From Sphagnum compactum (lineage: Eukaryota), in contig OZ234493.1 of the NCBI GenBank assembly GCA_965153455.1, forward strand, positions 17,040,213 to 17,104,212: a stretch of 64,000 bases of DNA, read 5' to 3'. Position 1 is the stretch's first letter. Each line of letters starts with the position of its first letter. The position numbers and the translations under genes are program-made. Below the pieces are notes generated by a model that had not been told where the DNA came from, did not search any database, and saw nothing but the letters and a program-made list of their open reading frames with translations. Positions 24,100 to 36,977 of the stretch are shown in pieces.

Positions 24100-27000
24100 T
24101 AGCTGAACATGCACAACCTAAAAGCATTCCCATATTGTCCCATCAGTCTCTTTAATGAATACCTCAACACTCCTGTTTCCAAAAACTAAACATCTTGACG
24201 AGTGATTAAACTACCAACTGTTACAACAAACAACCCATGAAGTCCATATGAGGATTTCCAATCAAGTATTTATTTGGTAGTACTCACCCCGTAGACACAA
24301 GTACTCACCCCCAACCCCAATAAAATGCCCAATGACCCATACAATTCTCACAAAAGGAACTTATTCCCAATCACAATCATTCTTGAGATTATGATGCCTC
24401 TATGGATCAACTCAAGAATCCCCTATGCTTTTCATCATTCCCGTACCTCATCCCTACTCTATGTCTTCCTCGATCTTTTGTCATCAAACTTGGCACAATG
24501 GAGATCTTGAAAAAGTTGACAGAAAACCAAGAAAACAATTTGGAGCATTCATTTTTTAAAATGGTTCAAAAGCATGCACCCTCTACCTTCTAAACACACC
24601 AAACCAACACACCCAAAACATCCCCCTATAACCAAAGATATCTTCTAATACTTATCTTGCAATTACCTCCTCCTTGCTGAACCTTCCACCACAAATCGCC
24701 CTTGGTAATTGAGTCTCCTCACCAACATCTCATTGACTAACATGAAAGCAACCCAAAGTTGCTAGCTTTAGCCATCACCAATGTCCAACGAGCACCTCAA
24801 AGTCTTGCCAGCCAAATTCTATTATGGAAGCTCCCCACATAACTCAAAACCATCTGAAAGCATTCATACTTTTGCAAGTATTGAGTTGTCAAATATTTAC
24901 ATGCAAGCAAACAAAACAAACAAACCCCATAGACAATTAAAAGATGTTAATCTCTCCAATTCCTTTCAAACTAATCAATCAACCATCACTTATTTTGGCA
25001 CTTTTCCATTTTTCATTGATAACAAATCAATCTAGTTAAGTCTTCATCTAAAAAGTTGCCCGATTCGCATAGGGCTTAATCTCATGTCACAAGGCACGAC
25101 AAGTATGGAAAATGTCCATCTTCCAAAAGGAGGCAATAACCACAATGACAAAGAATTACACATCGTACTTGGTGGATGGCACACCATGGCATCATGCTTA
25201 TTCTTTTTGAGGAATTTAAATTGTCAAAAAACCTTCAAATTGACATAAATTTGAGTTCTAGTCTTGTGTTGAATCAACTTTACTAGTTGGATTAACAGTT
25301 ATGGATGCATGCACACAAAAATCAATAGCCTTCAAATTTGTTCCACACATGTAGGGATGAAATGATGACCTATTCTTGATTGCTGAAAAAGATTGATCAT
25401 GGGCCTTGAATTCATTTACTCCCAAAACTTACTTATACTTGTTATTGACACCTTGTCCAATCAACATACATGAGAAAAAATAAAAATGTAGGGCCCTAAT
25501 ATTTAAGGTCTTTCACCAACATGGCCATTACCATCACTTCTTCCATAGGATTCAAATGCCACACCGTTGTCATCAACAACACAAACACCCATTTTTGTGT
25601 GCATTTGTAGACATTTGAATGCATTTTATGTCCTTGTTTTGTGTATATTTTCCTTTTTCATCCTATCTATGTATACACAAAAGGATTTATAGTAGTTGGG
25701 TTCCACGTTACTTTACACTACCAATGATGATCCACATGTTAAAAATTAGAAATGTGTTAGATAATGGAAAAATGGCAAGCTATTATGGTGGGTTTTCAAA
25801 AAATGAAAATACCTTTTTTTACTATTTATGTTATTGTGCAATTGCAATGGCATATTATAAATAAATTGTTCCGGGTTTCATTTAAATGTTATATTCACTA
25901 CATATATATGACATTGTGAAAATCACAAGATGAATTGGATGTCTATTGTCTATCTATGAGGCTTTTGAGTTTTCAAATAATGTTCTTCAATTCTTGTCAT
26001 TGCTACTTGACACTTGGAATTTATCTCTTGAAAATTGACTCCATCTTGTGTATGACAATTGCACATAGTTCATTATAATTCTTGCTTGCCATCATGGAGA
26101 ATGTGGCCATTGTGAGTTAACATAAAACTAAACCAAAGGCACTATTGATGATAAGTATGGTAGAAACAACTTGGTTGTGCATGAAGATGCTCTTATTTTC
26201 AAGTTGACATAGGTGTACGTTCTTGCAATTTGCACATGGATATTATAGTTGCCAAAGTCAAAACATTGCACTTGGAGGACTGAGTCTTGTAACAAGATCT
26301 TAAAACATTTTGATGGTCATAACATGATGGTTTAAAACTAGAGGAAAGGGTGGAGTTGTCTACACATCCATTCATTGCCATGTTGGTCATCTTGTAAAAA
26401 TAGAACAGATTTATAAAAAATTTATTTTCTTGGAAGCTAATTGTCATTTTATTTTCAGTTTTATCCTTACTCCATTACAAAAAGTACCATGATAATCTTT
26501 GATGCCAATGTTAAAATTGCCTTTGTAACAATGACAATCATGTTTTCAATTCAAACTTCAAGTCTTCCACTTACTTTCTATCACCTAAAAACAATGATCT
26601 TCTCATCCTTTGCAACATCCATACCCAATCATGTTCACAACTTCCAAGCTCCTTTTGTTTATGGTCAAGGCCTTCTATGCTCCAACTATGCTTACAAACA
26701 TTGTATTAACTTCATTGTAATATCATATGATTACATCCATGAATGTGCTCTTAATATCAATAGTCAAAATGATGACAAACAAGTTTCTAATAAAGGAAAA
26801 ACTTTGAATTTATAGTGGTTTTTCTTGTTAGGAGTCCATGATCCACAAAAAAAGGTCCAAACTTAATTTGTCTCATCATATGAACATTCTTATGTTTCAA
26901 GAGGTGAAACAACACAATTACAATACTTTCATTACATTGTAAATTCACAAAGAAACATGAGAATATCTTTTCACACATTTTGTGTATATTTAGTTTCATG

Positions 27001-30000
27001 TGCATTTTAGGTTGCGTCAATTATGTAAGGTGCAAATCAGATAACATGAGTCACACCCACCTACTCAAGGGATTACTTTTGGGAGAATATGTTTTAAAAT
27101 ATTTTTAGAAAAAATTTCAAAAGTTTTTTTTTTAATTTTTTAATTTTTCTTTATATTATGTCAAGGTTTATGTAAAAGATTTCAAGACATGTTTAATTTT
27201 CAAAAGTCTTGAAGCCTATTTATAAATCCTTTTAATGTTAAAAAACATGCGTTATAATATTTAATGAATGTTTTTGAAAGCTTTTTATTCATCAAATTTT
27301 TTTAAAAGTAATTCAGATGTCCCAATGATATATTATGAACCTTATTGTATATAAACATCTTATGATTTCAACACCAAATTAATTTATTGTTGTTGAACAT
27401 GAAAACTAAGCACCCGTTACACTTGTTGTGGTTCCTATTAATGTGGCTACACCTTATAGAACTTTGTTCATTGTAAATTGTAATATTAATTTGTGTGATT
27501 TATTTGTAATTATGAAAAATATGGACCACCAACAACATTAATTTCCTTTGTTTCCATTTAAACAACATACATGTTTTATGACTGAACTAAAATAATGATC
27601 ATTGCAAAATTTTGGATCAAGTTTTTTTAACACAAACAAAATTGCATGAAAAACCTAAATAATTTTCATCCCCAACCAAATCATTAATTATTATGTGCAA
27701 TACATGATCGACCATTTTGATGATATGTGTGGCAATGCCACAAACCACAACTATGATCCCTAAATTGTGATCCCTAAACCCCCCCCCCCCGCTTGGTATT
27801 TTGGATTTTAATGTTAAGGGTAAGATTCCATTATCATACGTCACATGTGGAGGAATGTTGCACCATCAATGAACATGGAGGATTTCAATGAACTTCTTGT
27901 GATTATTGTGTGAAGATCACAAAGGTGAAAACTTTTGTTACATGAATTTTTTTGCATTTTCCACTTGTGTTTGTTGGGTTATGCATGTTGCTTATTAGTA
28001 TGTTGGTTGGGTTATTATTTGATTTCAAGGGGTAAAGGGATTACCAAAGTGTGCTCAAGTTTATTACAACTTAGGGTTTAACACATGTTTTTAGGTTGGC
28101 CTTTTAGTAGTTTGTTATTACTATTAGATGTGAAACCCTAGGTGAAAGACTATGCGCCTTTCCACACATGTTTTTATCATCAAAATGAGCCTAGGGGTCA
28201 TAATTGTTGTGGATATGGCAAAACATTGTATTTTGGTTTTTCATCTTGTGTTTTGGGCTTGGACTGCTATGTTGTTGCAAATGAGTTTCATTTTGTGAAT
28301 TTAAAGGTTAGGAACTTTTTAGGAAGGTTGTTATGTTATTGGGTATGTGTTTCAACAATGATGGGTGTAAGTGATGATATGGTAAGGCACAACACCAATT
28401 TCAATTTCATGTCCCTAGATTATCTTTTTCCCAAGTTCTGAGATTATTTTTTTCCCATGTTCATAAGCATTTCCATAGTCCATTATTCAATGTTATTGAG
28501 TAATTATGAACATATTAAGGAAACTTGGATACTAAATTACCATTTATTTTATGCCAATCGACCAAATGTTTAACACAAAAACAATGGCTACACAATTTTA
28601 AAATATTTTTTATGTCAACAAATAGGTCGAAATTTCCCATGGGGATAACATGACAATTTCAAGAAACCTAACAATGCAACTTAATCATGTTAAATCAACA
28701 TCATATGTGAATATGGTGAATTTTTCCCAACAAAGTTCCCTCCTCACCCCCCAATTTTTTTTCATGTTATGTTTCACATAGTGTTTCATGTTGGGATTAT
28801 TAGTTTTTTTTTCATGTCACATACATCACTTCATGACACAATGTGAAATGATGTGATGACATGTCCAACCATTGGCATTAGCTTGTCCAAATGTTTTCAT
28901 TAAAAAAAAATTGTTTAGTCATCAAACCATAGTTCAACTACATGTAAGATGAACTTGACCTCTTAGGTTTGGAAAATAAAAATAAAAATGAAATATTAGA
29001 AGGGAGGTCCAAATTGGACCCTTTAAACCTCCTTATCTTTAGCCTAGTCCAAAACCCCCAAACTTCCAAAATGGGCCAAACATCTATGGTTTGGAAAAGA
29101 TTCAAATTTCTTCAACACACGATAGTAATGGTGATGGAGCTTGACTTTTATAAAAGAAACCTAGTTGTAAATTAATTTGCAATTAGAATAAATTATCCCA
29201 TATCTTTTTTCTTTTTTTCAATGTTGTAAACTATATAATTAAAAATGCACAATAAAATCAAAAACCGCAAATTAAAATAAAATCCTCTAAAAAAACTACC
29301 TACCTACCTATTTACCCACCTAATTAACATAGGTACATATATATACATACATATAACTTAATTAATTTAAAATATTACCTATCAACTAATACCTGACCTA
29401 ACCTATTAATTAAAGTAACATATGTCACACTTAGCTTAAGCCCACATGGCATTTATGTCTAGACTATATTAAACATTGTCTAAACTAAATTTCGATTAAA
29501 ATTTGACTAAACATTTGTTCAACTAAAACTTGATCCACATTAGTTAAAGTAAAATTTGGCTACACCTTGGCTCAATCAATATTTGATTAAACATTGGTTC
29601 AACCAAACTTTTGCTAAACTAAACTTTAGTTAAATATTGATTAAAATGTTTTTAGTTCAAACTTGAATAAAGCTTGTGTAAACCTTGGCTAACCTAACAT
29701 TTGGTTAAAACTTGGTTAAACATTGGCTAAATTGAAAGTTGGCTAGACCTCGACAACATTAAACATTCACTTGAATTTGAAATTTTAAAATATGAAATTA
29801 AAAAAAGGCCTTGGAATTTTTTTCAATCATCAATAATTAATATCAAATTATGTATTAATTATTTTTAGTAAACACTAGATATTAGTTGTACTTAATACAT
29901 AATAAATAATAAAAACTAGTAACTATAAATACTAACCATCAATTATGAACTAGTTTGTTATTATTATTATTATTAAACTAATTATTAGTTGCAATTAATA

Positions 30001-33000
30001 ATATTTATTACCTATAAAGTATAATATATAATTAAAAACTAATAATTTTATTTTTGTACATACCTAACAACTTCCTTACTGAATAATTAGTTTAACTTAA
30101 CTATTTATTTTCATAAATTGACTAACTTCTTAAATTTTTCATTTAAGAATTGACCCTTATGTTCATTTAAATGTAATATTAGTTACAAGTTGGTTATTTC
30201 ATATAATGTAACCAAGTTCTAACTAATTATGAAATACATTTAGCTTGTATTCAAGGTGTATTAAAGATATATTTACTCATATTATGTGCATATTAAAATT
30301 TTAAAAATTTAATTTAATTTTATATGGTTTGTTTAAAATATACTATCTTTTTTAAGGTATGATAAGTTAAATAATGGTGAGGTCATATTAATATGATATA
30401 ATCGTCATATTAAACAAATATTAATTATTGGTGATTTATTACTATCAACTAATTGATTACTTAGTATAAAATATGAAATAATTAATTCTAATTAATTAGT
30501 TCATTAATTTCAAACTAATACTAACCAATATATAATAATCGATGAATTATTACCATTAGAATTTTGATTAGTTAGAAAAAAATTGTAATAGTAGTTAGTT
30601 AATTAAAATTTCTTTAATATTTTCTTAATAAGTTAATAACTAAATAAATTCATATTTAATAATTAAAATTTTCAATAATTCATTAACTATTAAATATTAC
30701 TAAATTATTTAATTAATATAATTTAATTATTCAGACTGGATAATTAACTATTAATCTAAATAAATGAGTGTAATTCAGATATTTAGTAATTTGACATTTC
30801 ATACCTTGATTTAGACTACTTAATTCAAATAATTAACTAACATAAAAAATGAAAATATTTAATTCTTAATTGCATAATTTACAACATAAAAAACAAGGTG
30901 TATAATATGTGTATCAAACTAGTTTACATGACATAAAGACAATCAAATGATGACTACTTTTGGAACTAATTTGATATAATGGCCTTTGGTTAAATGAAAA
31001 ATCCCAAAAGTTAATCAAAATGGAAGGATGAAAAACTTAGTAGTGACAATTAGATGCATGATAATCACAATAATCATAATTAAATGAAAAGGATAGTGAT
31101 CAACTATAAAAATGACATATTATAGTTACAAAATGACAATTAATTGAATATAGTCACAAATTAAATGGTTACATTAAAAAAAAATCTTCTAATGAATGTG
31201 ATTCTTTGTCTTTGTAAAGGAAGTTTGGATTTGTTTTACTCAAAAAAATCTTGGAGATGGTCCCATGGAATGACTACAATTATGGCCTCCTCATACAAGC
31301 CATGCCTTTCGGTAATATGAAATAGTCACATGGTATCACATTTTGAAAATGGTCCAATAATAGTTTTTTGAATTGTTGTCTTTTATGCCTGAAGTAAATC
31401 CCTTACCTTAGAAAGAACAAAAGGTTGTACAACAATTTTTCAAATTCTTACATCATACATTAGCACTTTGTAATTTAGGCTTGTCACAATTTTTGGGATT
31501 CTTGCATCATTCACCACCATTGTGTTAAAAAAAGGCTTGCTACAATTTATAGGAATCTTAGGTCATCCACCACCATTATATAATATAACGTTGCCAATCT
31601 GCAAATTATACACTAAACTGAAAAGCTTCAAAATACAAGAAAATTGAAATGCAAACATGGATGAAAAAAATAAACACTGAATGCAAATGTTACGTGGTGA
31701 TGGAAATGACATTGGATTCTAGGAGCAAAGATTTGGAAGAAAACATTAATTGATGCTCTAGAAGTTGAAGAAAGAAAATTAATTGATGCAATGCAAGCTT
31801 GAATGAATAAAATAAATCACAAATGTGGAGATGGAATAATGTGAATTTTGTAATAAAGATTTAGAAAAGAACATTAAGTGATGCACTAGATTTTAAACAA
31901 CAAAAATAGGAGCTTTTGCAACCCTAAACATTTGTAGAAACACAATTATAAGTAAAGTACAAGGCAAGCATGCATGAAGAAGAATAAACTTCTATAAATG
32001 GAATATGCATTGAATTGTGCAAACAGACTAAAACATATACAAGGATAAAAGAAAAATGAAATGAAAGATGTGCCCTCTTTTTGGGTTGGGTTTGTTGCAA
32101 TGTTTAGTTGTGGTGTAGCAAAAAAAAACAAGAAAAGAAAAAAACACTCATATGTCATTTGGTTTGGTCATGATTTATGGAATAGGTCATTGTTTCAAAT
32201 TGCATTTCACTAAGTATAAATATCTACTTACAAATCGAACATTGAGATTTTATGTCTTATTAAATTACAACTAAACTACCACATATTTTATAATATCTAG
32301 TGGATCACATCACTCTTGAGCTATCAAGTCTTACTTTTGGCATATGGATTTGCAATTTTCATTTCAACCCCATTTTGAATACCAACAAAAACAAAATGTG
32401 ATCTCCCAACTACCATGGCCCATATGTTCTTTTTTAAAAACATTTTCACAAGAAAAACTTATTGCCACCCACTGAATCACCCATTTCGACCATCAATTTC
32501 CAAATTGCACAACCACCCACCATAGATATGAAAAAACAACAATTTAATACTTGGAGTTTCCAAAGATTCAAGTTTCACTTCCTTCCACCCACATCAATTT
32601 CCCTACACTCTCAACTTCTTGGTTCTTAAGCATTCAAAATTTAAGAATATCATGCCAACTCAAACAAGCTCATTAATCACCTAAAGTTTTTCATCAACTC
32701 CACCATAGCTTGCTGCACTAATCATATTTTTGCCTAATTCTCCAAATCCTTAAACTTTTCTACACAATGGATAGAAATGAAAACCTCAAGGACTACAACA
32801 ACTAAAACCATGATCATAGGCATTTTTCCCAAGAATTAGCACAACATCTACATCCTAAACAAAAGCCATACCTAGAGCATTTCAAATTCTCTCTACCCAA
32901 TCCAAACAATAGTTTATTGAGTACTTACCAAATTCAAGCATAAGATTACCAAATTCAGTTTTTCATACTCCTTTCTTGCTTCAACAAAATCCACAACACC

Positions 33001-33100
33001 AATATGACATCAAATTCATCATAAAAAGTGAAAAAAATAAGCAAACCAAGTTAAGAAGAACACTAGCATGCCCCCACACAAAACAACAAACAAGGCACCC
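24100..33100. mobile_element. AT-rich tract of decayed transposon remnants and low-complexity repeats
   Basis: No long ORFs, CpG-poor, and extremely AT-rich at about 29300-31200. Degenerate (A)AACTTGGCTAAA-type short repeats at about 29440-29760. Individual elements not resolved. Confidence 0.5.
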
Positions 33101-33846
33101 ACATTCCTCCGACATTCATGAACATCTGAACCTGCAAAAATAAAATAAAACAAACAAACTACACCTATTTTGGAGACCCCCCACTTCTGTCAATCATGTT
33201 AATAGGAATCAGCACTGTTGAAACTACACATATTTTGGAGAGCCCCCACTTCTATTTATGTTAATATTAATCAGTCCCAACAGTGACTCGTCGAATTAGG
33301 GCATGCTGATTTACCTTCTTCAGCGTTATTTTTTGGTTCAGGTGAATCGACCCATCACCGATCACCTGCCTATGACCAAACACTTATTGACATCTTCATC
33401 GTATGTGCTTATTTTGAGTGATTTGAAATGTTATATGGGAACACTACCTCAAGCTCTAGAAATCATCTTTGAAGTGCAAAGCAAAAGGAGTAATAAAAAC
33501 ATAACAAGAAGAAAAATAAGCTTTCTAACTTACAACACACGTTTTTTGTCCTTTTTTTTTTGGGATGCCCCCTACTTTCAAATCTCATAATTTTCTCTTT
33601 TTTTTTTCATTTCAAGCAATTTAAATATATTTTAAATAATTTTTACTGTTTTTCCACTCACTTCTGGCGACTTAAAACCTCAAAAATCACGAGTTTTTCG
33701 AATTTCTGATTCTTAATTTAGCTTTTCGTCAAAATTTCGCCAGTTAAAAAAGCGCTGCTCCCCTGCAATCAAACACTCTTCAGGCTTCCTTGCACTCTGT
33801 TAAGCGTCTTGAACACATCGACGAAGCAACCAGAAGACCACCAAGC

Positions 33847-36800
33847 ATGCTCCTGCAGCGGCTGTGGCGGCTATGGCCGCAACCTCATTGCCTTCTTCGT
33901 GCCATCGCTAACAAAGTCTCTCCTTCCTGCCATTCTGTGCTGCCTCACGAAGGTATTGTACTCGGTGAGTTCTTCACTGTCATTAATCTCAACGTCTTTT
34001 TTTTTGTTTTTTTCTTCTTCTTTTTCTTCTTCTTTTCTCCGATTTGCATTTTTTTTGAGCTTACGTGTGGGACCTGTGACATCTCTTCCTGGCCTTCTGT
34101 GTTACTTCACGAAGGTCATGTCTTCTTCGCTGTCTTCTGGGATCGTTTTGTCGCTGAAAGTTGAAGAAGGAAAACGCAATGTAGTCATGTCTTCTGGAGA
34201 AAAAAAGGTGAGTGAGTTTCTGTTCACTGTTCGGGTTGGATGTCCACTGGGTGACCAAAGTTGTCTATTGTTACTTACTACTGTCCCAGAAGTTGTTCCA
34301 TCTTTAAGGAAGGAGGCAGTAGCTATAGATGGAAGTAGAGAAAGGGAGTCAAAAAGTGTCCGAGGAATGTTGCACATTTCTTCCTTTGTTACATGTTGCT
34401 TGCTTGCTGGTTCTGCTCAATTCTGTTTCTGAGGACCTGGAAAGTTGTGTTGTGGCAATATGTAACGATTCAGGTTTTTCTTTTTCTGTTTTCTTTTCTT
34501 TTCTTTTCTTAGTTTAATAATTGATTATTATTATTTAAATATTTTTTTTAGCTCTTTAGAGCAGTACCTATGTGTCAAATCTGACAAAGTGAAGTACTTG
34601 GAAGTAGTATACTTCAGTAGACATTTTTGAGCTTCAGAAATTTCTTGTTTCATGGCATCAAAACCCTCAAATGCATGAGGGATGTACATACATTTTGGAC
34701 ATGATCACACTGGGTTGCTTGATTGCCATGCCCCATAAAGACCAAACCATTGCTACTTGTCTGAGTCTGGGCATATCTTGTCATCAACATAGTACAGTTG
34801 ACTAATGATTTGTGATGCCTAACTACAAAATGTGCAGGTTCCAGAACATGTCGGGGGATTAGTAGTGCTACTGCATATGCATTGAGACCATGGAGCTCCC
34901 ATGCACCATGGATTCACAGTTTGCAACGTATGTGGACTCTGCAACCTGGATAAATGGAGCTCTGATATGTCACCTTCTCTTGATGGTCCATTCTATGTTC
35001 AACTGACACTTCTTGTTTTAGATTTGGGAATATTTTTCCACAAACTTAGGGTCATATTTGTGCTATGAGCCCACAGTGAATCTCTCAGATGGGAAGGGCT
35101 GAGGACTATAGCAACTCTTGACAGTATAGTGTGCGTGGTTCATTTTCTGGACAGAACAGCAATTCAGCAGTTGGTGGTAACAGCTTCAGGACCTGATAGA
35201 CCAGGCATTGTAGCCAGGATGACAAAGCGAGTTCTTGACTGTGGAGGTAATGTGGCAGAGAGCTGGATGGCAAGATTGGCTGGTGACTTTACTGTTCTGA
35301 TGCTAATCACATTTGATATAGCGTAAGTCAGACCTCAATGTTTGTATCCTGTTTATTCACCTGTGTTGCCTGCTCATACTCTTAGGTTCAATGTATCTAT
35401 GAATGTCACTCAGGTAATTTAGGGTTTAGGGTTTAGTCTTGCAATCCTCAAATGGGTTGTGTTTGAGTGTCAGGCTAGGTGTGATGAAGGTGTCTTTCTT
35501 GAGTCACAAGTAGGGTCTTGTGCATAATGCTGCACATTTGGGGTCTGGGTTTCCTGCTGTCATGGATTACTCAAAGTTATGGAGAGGCATGTACAGAACA
35601 GCATGGAAGGCAGAACAACTGCACAACTCTCTCTTAGAGATTGATGGTCTTCAGGTTGGTGTTTCGAGTTCAATTGCTTGTCATACAAGTGTATCGTCAA
35701 GCAGTGGTTGTGCAGATACAATATGCATAGGTCACTGAACAATGTGCAATGTTGTTTGGAGAAGGTAGGGGTTTTAGTAATGTTAAAAAAGACGAAGACC
35801 AATGTTCCACTTTGCAGCAATCTTATGGAAGTTATGGGTTTTTTCCAGTTTGGTACAAGATGGATGTCTGATGAGCGTGTGAAAGAGACACACCTGCTTC
35901 ATAAATTTCGAAAGATTTTGCTGCAGGATGCAGACAACCCAGGCATGTTGTGTCTGAACCCTTGAAGTTGCAGTCATCACCCTATAAATGATATCTTTGT
36001 ATCACAGTGATGGAAGCAGCGCACTGATTTACATCAGATCAACACTGAGGCAATGTGCCCAATTCTGCCTTGATACCTTGGTTATCAGGTGTAGATTGCC
36101 TGCATACAGCTGCATGCACCATTATCCTGATTATCAATGTCGACAGCTATATTTTGGCTTGTTATTTATTGTACCTCTCAATTCTGTTTCAAACTGGAGG
36201 GTGTATTTACCCCAAATTCATTTTGCTGCTATGTTCTTTCCTTGTGCAAGCTCTTGAGTAAAACTGGTGAAGAGGAAGGCATGAGGATCCACTCCTGCTA
36301 AGGTGCTTGTTATTTATCTGCAGCATGTGGGGAGGTGCAGGTCTTGTATACAATGTGACTGGGTATCTTTTTTCCCATGGTATCAACATTGAAAACTTGG
36401 AAACCCACACTGAACAGGTGCCAACAACCCTTGATTCCTGATATTTTTGGTCTGATTGTGGCCCTTTGCTTGGAAGCCTTGGTTTATACATTCAGCCAGT
36501 TCTACTTCTCTCACAGAAGTTTCCTTCTGTAAAATTCTGCTGCTGCTGGTCAATGATGTTTGGGTTGCTAAGATGCAGACAGCTAATGTCCCCTCTCACA
36601 ATGGTTTGTTTCTTAAAAACTCCTTAGGAGTAGTTGAATTCATCAAATTCTTGAATATTGCAAGATCTAATGCTGGCAAATCTTCCCCCCCTTTTTTGCA
36701 TATAAACAAAACTGCATGCTGATGCTTTGTGTGGGGACATATATATGTAGGTTACTTTCCATGGGTCGGTATGACTAAACAGGCACCATTTGGAGGAGCA

Positions 36801-36977
36801 ACACTGTTCATGATGGCGGGAGTGATAGCAATGCCAGTGAGATTGTCAACACACAAGCTTATCCACAACTTGGATACATTGCAAACCACTTTGGGTGTGG
36901 ATATTGCTATCTCCAACCTTCCTGTTTCTACCAACCATAAGTTTCAGCTTCCCTCTCCACCTCAGGCCATGGTATAG
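33847..36977 (+). CDS. GcvR-like (glycine cleavage system repressor-type) double ACT-domain protein with putative organellar presequence; apparent frameshift in exon 2, so possibly a pseudogene or N-truncated
   Basis: Exons 33847-33964, 34838-34927, 35155-35322, 35597-35654, 35849-35942, 36341-36417 and 36783-36977. ACT1: LVVTASGPDRPGIVARMTKRVLDCGGNVAESWMARLAGDFTVLMLI. ACT2: ILLQDADNPGLVYNVTGYLFSHGINIENLETHTEQAPFGGATLFMMAGVIAMP...LQTTLGVDI. Both match the GcvR/ACT_6 pattern. Exons 3-7 splice in frame; the exon 2/3 junction needs a 1-nt correction or a start at ATG 34890/34908. Confidence 0.8.
35418..35436 (+). repeat. Short interstitial plant telomere-type repeat (TTTAGGG, about 2.7 copies)
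   Basis: TTTAGGGTTTAGGGTTTAG in an intron of the ACT gene. Confidence 0.6.

Noticed and set aside
33809..34432. 207-aa ORF overlapping exon 1 of the ACT gene
   Set aside because: It runs through a T/C-rich low-complexity intron, has no domain features, and starts at a non-ATG codon.
35418..35436. Telomere or chromosome-fusion signature
   Set aside because: Fewer than three units, and such short telo-box-like motifs are common in plant genes.
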